Assembly: GCA_050298055.1 (NCBI GenBank)
Contig: JBNKTL010000049.1
Location: 1-38,176 of the forward strand
Reading direction: 5' to 3'
DNA: 38,176 nt
Origin: Spirochaetota bacterium
Lineage (GTDB): Bacteria > Spirochaetota > UBA4802 > UBA5550
Below, piece after piece: positions 1-7,779 of the stretch (within the stretch, counting starts at the first letter, position 1; each line of letters begins with the position of its first letter). Made by a program: the position numbers and the translations under genes. The notes below the pieces were generated by a model, which had not been told where the DNA came from, searched no databases, and saw only the letters and a list, made by a program, of their open reading frames with translations.

Positions 1-34
1 GTTTAATGTCTTTGATATTAAATGAACTGAACAT
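1..34 (-). CDS. 5' end of the next cas-operon gene, running off the window (possibly cas3)
   Basis: ATG at 34-32 preceded by GGAGA, overlapping the cas5 3' end; reads MFSSFNIKDIK to the edge. Identity guessed only from typical I-B gene order. Confidence 0.35.
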   Translation of the reverse strand, partial: MFSSFNIKDIK

Positions 35-800
35 TGTATTTTTCTCCGTTTTTGCCGGTGAGAGTGTAAAAAGCATCTTGTTTCTTTAATATAAGTTTTC
101 TCTGTGTTAGAATAAAAATGTCTTTTATATAAAAACCGTTCTTATCAAAATCATAGGGAAGATACTCATAAACAGTATAACCTTCATTGCTCTCTAATGC
201 CAAAGGATTGAAATCTTCAAAAGATGAACCTTTAATCATAGCAATATCATTATTTTCTCCTAATCTGACCAGACTATCAATAACACTTACATCATTTTTT
301 ATAGGAGTTGCGGAATATTCCTGATAGTTTTCATACCACGCAAAAAACTCGTTTTTACCAAAATAGAGAGGGTATTCAGTTTTATAAGTTGATACTTTAG
401 ATAATAAATTATTAAAATCTTCTTGCTCAATAGAACCATCATTATAGATATAAACTCTATAACGTATTTCCGGCTCCCCCATCATAACTTGTTCTTTGAT
501 TTGCCATGTGCCAGCATCAGAACCCATACCACTTGCATTATTAAAACCTGTAATAAATTTTTTTAATGGTTTATTGTATAAAGGATATATTGCAATTTTT
601 AGATTGCTTAATTTTTTATAAAAATCGGGATGTTCTCCTTGAAGAGCAAATGAATACCCTTGAAATCCGATAATAGCCCCAAAAATTCCAAGCAAAACAG
701 GTTTGTGTATAAAATTATAACTTACATGAACAAGGTCATTAGCATCATTTTTTTTAAACAATGCTAATTCGCCAACTATATCGATAGAAAAAATTTGCAT
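18..800 (-). CDS. cas5: CRISPR-associated protein Cas5 (type I-B)
   Basis: N-terminal 'IDIVGELALFKK...SYNFIHKPVLLGIFGAIIG' and 'YPLYFGKNEF' match Cas5 motifs; directly downstream of cas7. Confidence 0.88.
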   Translation of the reverse strand: MQIFSIDIVGELALFKKNDANDLVHVSYNFIHKPVLLGIFGAIIGFQGYSFALQGEHPDFYKKLSNLKIAIYPLYNKPLKKFITGFNNASGMGSDAGTWQIKEQVMMGEPEIRYRVYIYNDGSIEQEDFNNLLSKVSTYKTEYPLYFGKNEFFAWYENYQEYSATPIKNDVSVIDSLVRLGENNDIAMIKGSSFEDFNPLALESNEGYTVYEYLPYDFDKNGFYIKDIFILTQRKLILKKQDAFYTLTGKNGEKYNVQFI

Positions 801-809
801 TTTCTTACC

Positions 810-1841
810 TTACATATTCGTATTGGTAGGTTTAATTTTGCCGCTTGCAGTTAATTTAACATCTGTTATATTTGCATTGTAGTACAATTCCACAGCGCCA
901 GTTTGTTTATGTTTAATCAATTCATCTATTTTTGTTAGATCAATAGTTGTTTTTTTGTTTTCTTTTGTTATTTCAACAAGGTTTTTCATTGCTGGCAAAA
1001 ATTCTTTTGAATCTCCAGACATTTCTATGAATAATAATAATGAATTTTCACTATCCTTTTTTGAGGTAGTATCCAAAGCCGTGACAGCATTGCGCATTGC
1101 CTCTTTCAATAAATCAATTTCATCTACTGTAATTTTCATTTTATTTTTAATATCTTCATTCGTCTCATAATGTGATAGAATATTCTGTGGATTGATAGAA
1201 AAATCATAAACATAAAATGCGTTTAAATTTTTACTATCTTTCCCAATTGAGGTTTGTTTATCCTTTGGATCATCAGCATAAGGAGCAAGAATATCATTAG
1301 TTAGATTAATGTTTTCCAATAATTTATTTATTCCATAACTAAATTGAACAGGGCCTGTCAAAGAAACAGGGCCTGTGCCTGTATAAGTTACACCAAAAAG
1401 TTTAATATCAATACATTTTGAAAAAATATAAGATGTTATAATTTTAGGTAAATCTTCAATTCTTTTCTTTTCTTCATCTGTCCGATCTTTTTCCTTTTTA
1501 GAATTAATTGAATCATATTCATCTTTTAATTTTTTAAAATCAGAGTATTTTTCTTCAAATAATGATTTCATTTCATTCATTCGCTCATCCCTAGTTCTCG
1601 GATTACCATTATCTTTATGAGAACGCCATACGAAAACATCTTTCCCCGAATCAATCCAGTATCTTCTAATCGCATACTTTAAAGCTTTATCGGTTGCATA
1701 TATTGTTCCATTTTCATCAGGTAATCTCCTGGGGTTTCCGGTAAAATCAGCATTAAAATTACTATTTTCACTTTTAATTATAAGAATACCATAGCACCTT
1801 TTATTAAACCCATTATTGTTTTCATTTTTGTTCTGCTTCAT
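810..1841 (-). CDS. cas7: CRISPR-associated protein Cas7/Csh2 (type I-B)
   Basis: 'NSNFNADFTGNPR', 'ATDKALKYAIRRY', 'IDIKLFGVT...SLTGPVQF' Csh2 motifs. Start placed at ATG 1841 with an AGGAGA SD. Confidence 0.92.
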   Translation of the reverse strand: MKQNKNENNNGFNKRCYGILIIKSENSNFNADFTGNPRRLPDENGTIYATDKALKYAIRRYWIDSGKDVFVWRSHKDNGNPRTRDERMNEMKSLFEEKYSDFKKLKDEYDSINSKKEKDRTDEEKKRIEDLPKIITSYIFSKCIDIKLFGVTYTGTGPVSLTGPVQFSYGINKLLENINLTNDILAPYADDPKDKQTSIGKDSKNLNAFYVYDFSINPQNILSHYETNEDIKNKMKITVDEIDLLKEAMRNAVTALDTTSKKDSENSLLLFIEMSGDSKEFLPAMKNLVEITKENKKTTIDLTKIDELIKHKQTGAVELYYNANITDVKLTASGKIKPTNTNM

Positions 1842-3831
1842 TATTTTCTCCTGTATTTTGCTGCTTTTTTTCATAAAAAATATTGCTGTCAAAGTACCCA
1901 GCATAAAACATCATTTTTAATTCATCTTTAAAATCATCATTCTTATGATCTACTAGATAGCTCCATATTTTTGAGAACATAACATTAAATTTTCCATCAT
2001 GTAGATTTATATTGTGTTTATATGCATTGAATAGCTCTTCCAATTTTAATGCCAGCATAGAGAGTTTTCTTAAATTAATAAAAGGTTCTGCCATTGAATG
2101 TTTTTTATCTGATTTACCTGATTTTGATAATAGGAAAAAAACTATCTGGCCCGCATAATATGCAAAACTGTTTATATCTACAATATCCTTGATCTCTTTT
2201 ATCTTTTCTACTGTTTCCATAAAATGTCCTCCAAATAACTTATCAAGTTCATTATAAGCATTATTCATTCCTCCTATCTTCTGTAATATAATTTTTTCCT
2301 GTAAATCAGGTGAATAGAAGTCCTTAAGCTTTAGCTGCAAAGATTCAAAATATATTGATGCGATATCCTTTAATGAGAGAGAGTTATATTTTGCCCGATA
2401 GATAAAATCGAATATTTGGATGCGATAACGATATAGAAGGTTGTCTAATTGTTTTATACCTGTATTTATCTCACTTGAAAAATAATTTTTAATTAATTGT
2501 GCTTCGTTATATGAATTGTTGTATTTATTAAAGAAGTTTCTTTCGAGGAGATTTTCAATATGGAAAATGTTAATTCCCTTAAAATTATATTTGAATCCAG
2601 TAATATAATCAAAATAGTAAAAAGAATCCTTAATCCCTTGCTGGTTTTTGGTGTAGTCATATATTACTAAGTAATAATCCAGTTCACTTAGGTTTGTTTC
2701 CTGATAAAAGCTTGTAATTATTTTTCTAAAAGTGTCTTTTTGAATTTTATCAAAATTATTTTTAAGGATATTTATTTCATACTTAGTATCCTTGTTTATA
2801 ATTATTGGGAATATTTTAATATTTAACCTTTGCAAAAAAAGGTATCTAAATTCATTGATATATAGTACACAATTTGAACATAAAGCTATATTGACATTAT
2901 TTAAACGGTTAAGATGTTTTAGAAATGGTTTATATATATTCAGGTTATTGAATAAGGTAGGAAAAGATAAATAACTTTCATTTGCAGGAATGCTACAGGA
3001 GCTACAACTTCCCTCTTTTGTAAGAAATTCATCTGTATAGAAAATTTTATTTTCTAAATGATTTCTATAGACACATGAATAAATATTAACTTCAGAATTA
3101 AAATAGAATAATATTGAGATTGATTTTAAATCATCATTTATCCTTTGTAGAATTTCAATAGTTTTATCAACATCAGAAAATATTTCATGAATCTCAGAAA
3201 ATATTTTTATTATTTCTTTCTTATTCTTTTGGAAATATTTAACTACTCTATTATAATTATTTAAGATTTCTCTACTTCTATCATTTGCTGTATTATCAAT
3301 ATATTTTTCCTCATTCGGGATGTAATCGAAAAGTTTACTAAAGTCTTCATTATTTTTACTATATGTTTTATTTAGAATATCACTTAATTTTTTATTCACT
3401 ATAAAGGTAAAAATAAAAATGTTATATGAACTGATTCCGCCTATTCTATCAATATTAAAATTAGAACCGAATACTTTCGAAGTATAATTATTCAAATTTT
3501 TTAAAATTTCTTTCCAATGCTCATTAACGATATTATCAATTTTAAGAAATCTTATTTTTTTAAATTCTCCTTCATTTTTAATTTCATACTTATTATTGTC
3601 TAAGATCAAATGATTTCTTTCTATAAGTTCCTCTGTTTTTTCATCTTTAATTGATAGATTTTTAATATCCTTAACCACAAAATAAATCCCATCAGTATCA
3701 AATCCTGACAGATCATCCTTAATCGGAATTACCATTATCGGTTTATCAATAATCTGATTCTGTTCACGAATTCGATCATATATCCCTTCTCTTTCCAGTT
3801 CCTTTGAAAATTCAACAATTTCTTTTAACAT
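1822..3831 (-). CDS. cas8b: Cas8b-like large subunit (type I-B)
   Basis: 669 aa immediately upstream of cas7; CSSC...CSNC Zn motifs; C-terminal 'FAYYAGQIVFFLLSKS...FYAGY' small-subunit-like domain. Confidence 0.78.
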   Translation of the reverse strand: MLKEIVEFSKELEREGIYDRIREQNQIIDKPIMVIPIKDDLSGFDTDGIYFVVKDIKNLSIKDEKTEELIERNHLILDNNKYEIKNEGEFKKIRFLKIDNIVNEHWKEILKNLNNYTSKVFGSNFNIDRIGGISSYNIFIFTFIVNKKLSDILNKTYSKNNEDFSKLFDYIPNEEKYIDNTANDRSREILNNYNRVVKYFQKNKKEIIKIFSEIHEIFSDVDKTIEILQRINDDLKSISILFYFNSEVNIYSCVYRNHLENKIFYTDEFLTKEGSCSSCSIPANESYLSFPTLFNNLNIYKPFLKHLNRLNNVNIALCSNCVLYINEFRYLFLQRLNIKIFPIIINKDTKYEINILKNNFDKIQKDTFRKIITSFYQETNLSELDYYLVIYDYTKNQQGIKDSFYYFDYITGFKYNFKGINIFHIENLLERNFFNKYNNSYNEAQLIKNYFSSEINTGIKQLDNLLYRYRIQIFDFIYRAKYNSLSLKDIASIYFESLQLKLKDFYSPDLQEKIILQKIGGMNNAYNELDKLFGGHFMETVEKIKEIKDIVDINSFAYYAGQIVFFLLSKSGKSDKKHSMAEPFINLRKLSMLALKLEELFNAYKHNINLHDGKFNVMFSKIWSYLVDHKNDDFKDELKMMFYAGYFDSNIFYEKKQQNTGENNEAEQK

Positions 3832-3893
3832 GTGTTATATCCATAAAAATATTTTAAATATTCACCGCAAAAAATACATTTTTACCCATTCAT

Positions 3894-3933
3894 CCCCCGG
3901 TAGAGACGTTGCATGCAACGTCTCTACCGGGGG
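3894..3933. repeat. GTAG-type REP, perfect 40-bp palindrome
   Basis: CCCCCGGTAGAGACGTTGCA|TGCAACGTCTCTACCGGGGG read directly from the sequence. Confidence 0.95.
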
Positions 3934-4240
3934 CGGTCACATCTCTATCGGAACAATTACGTTTTTGCCGGAAACGAACGCATTCCTGCGAAAACAATCA
4001 CGTCTCTACCGGAACAATCGCATCCCTGTATAAAACAATCACGTCTCAACCGGGACAATCATGTCTTTACCGGGTACGATCGCACCCCTGCGGAAACAAT
4101 CACGTCTCTACCGGAACAATTACATCCCCGCATAAAACAATTACATTTCTACCTGAAACAAACGCATTCCTGGGAAACAATCACGTCTCTACCGGAACAA
4201 TCGCATACCTGCATAAAACAACAGCATCTCTATGGAATAC
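3934..4240. repeat. Degenerate tandem array of about 15 units of 20-21 bp, related to the REP arm
   Basis: Units begin ACAAT/ACGA. ACAATCACGTCTCTACCGGA occurs three times exactly (about 3994, 4096, 4177), alternating with variants such as ACAATCGCATCCCTGTATAAA. Confidence 0.9.
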
Positions 4241-4347
4241 GAAAAATTTAACAATACATCTTCGCGTCATCATTATAAAATTCTCATAAAATATCTGCGG
4301 TTTTCTGCGCCAATATTTTCCACCCATCCCCTGTCTCCCCAAAACAT

Positions 4348-4953
4348 TCATTCACGCCCCTTCAACGGATTCTCCCTCACATATCTCCGCACATTCTCCA
4401 ATTCCGTGTCATCCCGGATGATCCTGTCATAATATCGCGGCTGCCAGGCGAAATGTTTATTCCCTGTTTCCCTGCATCGTTTTGTAACGGCGGATTTGTA
4501 TGAACGGACAATTGCCGGTAATGAACCCGGTTTCGGGGAAATTGACGACATATATTTATAAAAATCCATGTCCGTTCCCGTAATCCCCGTAGAGACGTTG
4601 CATGCAACGTCTCTACGGGGATTACGGGATTTACGGGGCGCAACGTCATTACGGGGGGATTTCACATCATTACGGTTACACGGCAATATATTAATGATCC
4701 CATGCACATGATCCGGCATTACGATAAATTCATCCAATTCAACATGAACAAAATGTTCAGGAATTTCCATCCATAAATCCCTCGCGATCTCCCCCATGCC
4801 GGACAACAAAACATCACCGTCATGAATCTCACCGAAAAACCGTTCCCTGTTCTTTGTGGTTATGGTGATAAAATAATGTCCCGGGTTGCCGTAATCCCAT
4901 CCCCGAAAACGGGTTGTTTCGGTTCTGTACCTGTTGTTGAATAAATCGGTCAT
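4348..4953 (-). mobile_element. REP-associated tyrosine transposase (RAYT, IS200/605 TnpA Y1 HUH family)
   Basis: 'R..GWDY...G.YFITI.T..R...FG', HUH motif 'MPDHVHGII', 'WQPRYYDRIIRD...RRYVRENP'; flanked by GTAG palindromes. Start placed at MTDLF (4953); the frame is open to 5013. Confidence 0.92.
4576..4629. repeat. Perfect 54-bp REP palindrome inside the RAYT coding sequence
   Basis: TCCCGTAATCCCCGTAGAGACGTTGCA|TGCAACGTCTCTACGGGGATTACGGGA; translated in frame as SRNPRRDVACNVSTGITG. Confidence 0.95.
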
Positions 4954-4967
4954 AATTTTTTCATTTA

Positions 4968-5030
4968 CCCCGGTAGAGACGTTGCGTGCAACGTCTCTAC
5001 CGGGGGCGGTCATACAACGTCTCTACCGGG
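4968..5030. repeat. REP palindrome (4968-5005, one central mismatch) plus an extra half-REP (5015-5030)
   Basis: CCCCGGTAGAGACGTTGCGTGCAACGTCTCTACCGGGG, followed by CAACGTCTCTACCGGG overlapping the cas6 stop. Confidence 0.93.
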
Positions 5031-5778
5031 AAACAACCTCCACCAGCCCAAAACCCTGTGAATTCCGTGACCCAAAACCGGCCTTCAGGCCGAATTCAAT
5101 AAATTCAGGATCACCTTCAAGGCGAAAATATCCTTTCCAACCCTTTACCAGGGTCCTTTTTTCCCCGGCGCCGAAATAGATGATCTTCTCATTATTATTT
5201 CCGCTGAAGAGGGGGCTTATTGTCATGGCATACCGGCACTCATCCTTCGTGAACGCCTTCCATTTCTTTTTCAGGTTTTCATTCACAAGTTCGCTGAAAT
5301 CTTTATCGAAGGGAGTATAGTAATGGGTCTTCTTTTTCCCGTTCTCAAGGGTGAATGTTGAGTGGACCTCAACCGGTGTTATGGCCTTCACCTTTACCGG
5401 GCTTTCATTCACTGAAAACGGTTTCATGATATTAATGGAGGTTACGGTAAGCCTGTTTTTACCCAGCATGACCTGTTCGCTCCGTATCATGTTTTCCGCG
5501 AGCTGCTGAAGGATCCAGTCAACGGGGGATGATATGAGGAAGCTTACCTGCGGGGGATAACGGAACGTGCGGGTCTTTTTATCATACTTCCCCTTCTCCA
5601 GGATTGATGAAAATGTGAAAAGCTTGAATTTTCTGTTGTTATGGAGGAAGCCATGGTCGTGGAGCCAGTTGGAGTCTTCCGGTTTCAGATGATTGTAGAT
5701 GACCCCCTGGATATATTCGTTATATCCTACCGGGAGTAAAATTTCACTCTCTGAAATAAGTTCAATTTTAACGCGCAT
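5023..5778 (-). CDS. cas6: CRISPR-associated endoribonuclease Cas6
   Basis: 'YNEYIQGVIY', 'LHDHGF...RKFKLFTFS', Gly-rich C-terminal loop 'GFGSRNSQGFG'. Confidence 0.95.
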   Translation of the reverse strand: MRVKIELISESEILLPVGYNEYIQGVIYNHLKPEDSNWLHDHGFLHNNRKFKLFTFSSILEKGKYDKKTRTFRYPPQVSFLISSPVDWILQQLAENMIRSEQVMLGKNRLTVTSINIMKPFSVNESPVKVKAITPVEVHSTFTLENGKKKTHYYTPFDKDFSELVNENLKKKWKAFTKDECRYAMTISPLFSGNNNEKIIYFGAGEKRTLVKGWKGYFRLEGDPEFIEFGLKAGFGSRNSQGFGLVEVVSR

Positions 5779-5987
5779 GGTTTAAAGTTCACGCACTGTT
5801 CATTGGGGATTTGTTTTTAGGTTTCCAATTAAACAGGGACAAATAATCTTTAATATATTAGATTAGAAAAAATTACTCAGCAACACACATCACTGTATCC
5901 AATAATGTTAAATATAATGAGTGCTGTCAATATTAATTTACATCTTGCGGCTATTTGGAATTTAATGGCATGGTTTTCTGAATAAAA

Positions 5988-6090
5988 CTCTGTGAGCTCT
6001 GTGAGCTCTGTGTGAAACAAAATTATCCGAAACTTCGCGCCCTTTGCGCCTTCGCGGTTTAATTATCCCTCTTCGTGATCTTCATGGTAA
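5988..6090. repeat. Cluster of 9-nt-period intergenic repeats
   Basis: CTCTGTGAG CTCTGTGAG CTCTGTGTGAAA; CTTCGCGCC CTTTGCGCC TTCGCGGTT; CTTCGTGAT CTTCATGGT. Related copies at 29436-29581. Confidence 0.7.
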
Positions 6091-6167
6091 AAAAAATCTT
6101 ATCCCCCCATCCCCTCTTTATCTCCCTATCCCCCTTATTACACAAACGAGAAAAATGTATAAGATCA

Positions 6168-6908
6168 CTATTTCCTCTTCCCCCTCATCAATTCCAAAAA
6201 CCCGTGATGGGCCGAAAAGAGATATTTCAGCTTCGGGAGTTCGGTCTTTTTCAGTTTTTCAATGGACTTAAGGTGCGTTTCCATATCCATGTTAAAGAAG
6301 GAACCAAAATTTACAATTTTGTTGTTTATTAATCCCAGTGCATCACCGGTAAAGATCATCTCCTCATTTATAATGATCCCTGTGGAGCCCGGAGTGTGGC
6401 CGGGAAGTTCAACAAAGCGGAGTTTCAAACCGCCCACACGTATGTTCTCTCCTCCTCTTACGGAAGTATATTTTCTTTCCAGTTTATTTTTCATACAGAA
6501 GGAACGGGAGATTGTGCCGTCTACCATCCGGACCTCTTTTTCGGGCAGATAGATCTTTGCTCCGGGAAAGGCTTCCACTCCTCCAGCGTGGTCATAATCT
6601 GAATGGGTGAGAAAGATATGGGTCACCTCTTCCCCCCTGATATTCAGCCGCTGAAGCTGCTTTTTCAGGAGCTCCCCGTCTTTCCCGGCGTCAATTCCAA
6701 TATATCCTGTTTTCTGTTTTATGAGAAACATGTTCACGTAGTCGTCCCGCAGGGCGAAAACACCTTTGATCACTTCATGTGTCTCCAGGGGGGACATCTT
6801 TTTAAGTTCTTTGTAAAGGGTGTTTTTGATAACCAGAAAAAACACCCCGAATAAGAGAATGAGAACTCCGGCGCCAACAAAGAATCTCCGTCTGGTTTTT
6901 TTATTCAT
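6168..6908 (-). CDS. MBL-fold metallo-hydrolase with N-terminal membrane anchor
   Basis: THSDYDHAGG (HxxxDH), PGHTPG, FTGD, AHHG motifs. ATG 6908 with an AGAGG SD. Confidence 0.88.
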   Translation of the reverse strand: MNKKTRRRFFVGAGVLILLFGVFFLVIKNTLYKELKKMSPLETHEVIKGVFALRDDYVNMFLIKQKTGYIGIDAGKDGELLKKQLQRLNIRGEEVTHIFLTHSDYDHAGGVEAFPGAKIYLPEKEVRMVDGTISRSFCMKNKLERKYTSVRGGENIRVGGLKLRFVELPGHTPGSTGIIINEEMIFTGDALGLINNKIVNFGSFFNMDMETHLKSIEKLKKTELPKLKYLFSAHHGFLELMRGKRK

Positions 6909-7224
6909 TTTTTTTCCTCTTGTAATGTTAAGCAATTATAGCTTTTTTTTAATAAGATTCCAGTTGTTTTTTTAGTATTAGCTGTTGCCGGTTGTGGACA
7001 GAAAGTTATTTACATGGATTTATACAGGGTTTATTCTGCCTGTGAGGATTACGGAAAGTATCAGCTTCCGTCAATAAAAGAGGAGTTCATCCCCTGTGTA
7101 CACATCATACTTTATTTCCTTTAATAAACCGCACCAAGAACCTCTCCCCGGGGGCGGGGGAGCCAGGGCAGAGGTGCGGAAAAGCGATATGCACGTTTTT
7201 GATTTCAGGTTTGCGCGGTAGGGG

Positions 7225-7425
7225 CTATTGAAAATCCTTATCTTTCACCGTCTTTCTCTTATCATTTACTGCGTTTTCAATGGCCCTGTCACAGAGTTCT
7301 TTGACTTTTGAAGTCAAAACATCCATTATTGCGGAAGATGAATTAAGCCCGCTCTTTTCTTTTATATAATTTTTTACTTTTGAAGAAACAACTAAAACTT
7401 CACTTTTTTCATTACCTGTATCCAT
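7225..7425 (-). CDS. Bacterial histone-fold protein (Bd0055/Leptospira-type), 66 aa
   Basis: MDTGNEKSEVLVVSSKVKNYIKEKSGLNSSSAIMDVLTSKVKELCDRAIENAVNDKRKTVKDKDFQ has the LVV.SKVK..IK and RKTV...D signatures; GGAGG SD before ATG 7425. Confidence 0.9.
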   Translation of the reverse strand: MDTGNEKSEVLVVSSKVKNYIKEKSGLNSSSAIMDVLTSKVKELCDRAIENAVNDKRKTVKDKDFQ

Positions 7426-7779
7426 TTCTTTCCTCCAATTGAACTGTATCCCAATTATGTCACATACTCTGTGAATGTCAACTAATAAGTGTTTAGAGGA
7501 AATTATTTGGGAGAAGAGGATTGTCTCATTTGTGAATGAAGAATCGGAAAACATGATCTCCATAGGGAACATACACTTGAATATTCAAATATACATACGA
7601 GAAATATATTTTTATAAAAATTTTATTGATTATAAATGTACAAATTGTTAGTATGTCTTATTGAGCCTGTTATTATAATTTTTTCTGTTTAAGAGAATGT
7701 TATTGAAAAAAACAGTAATAAGAACAATAATAAGAAAAGGTTCCCGCAAGACATAAACTGCATTGCAAGGAGATCACCA

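Noticed and set aside
3934..4240. CRISPR array next to the cas genes
   Set aside because: Units are 20-21 bp, degenerate and mutually similar, with no unique 30-40 bp spacers. Reported as a REP-related tandem array instead.
3909..4289. Plus-strand ORFs 3909-4289 and 3913-4251
   Set aside because: Translations of the repeat array in different frames, with no SD, antisense to the operon.
4348..4953. IS200/IS605 element with TnpB, or a CRISPR-associated transposon (CAST)
   Set aside because: No tnpB and no tnsABC/tniQ in the window; the protein motifs and GTAG palindromes indicate a RAYT.
5965..5985. Sigma-54 promoter-like TGGCAT
   Set aside because: No TTGC at the -12 position and no downstream gene on that strand.
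7426..7572. N-terminal extension of the 115-aa ORF
   Set aside because: The GGAGG SD and the histone similarity place the start at 7425.
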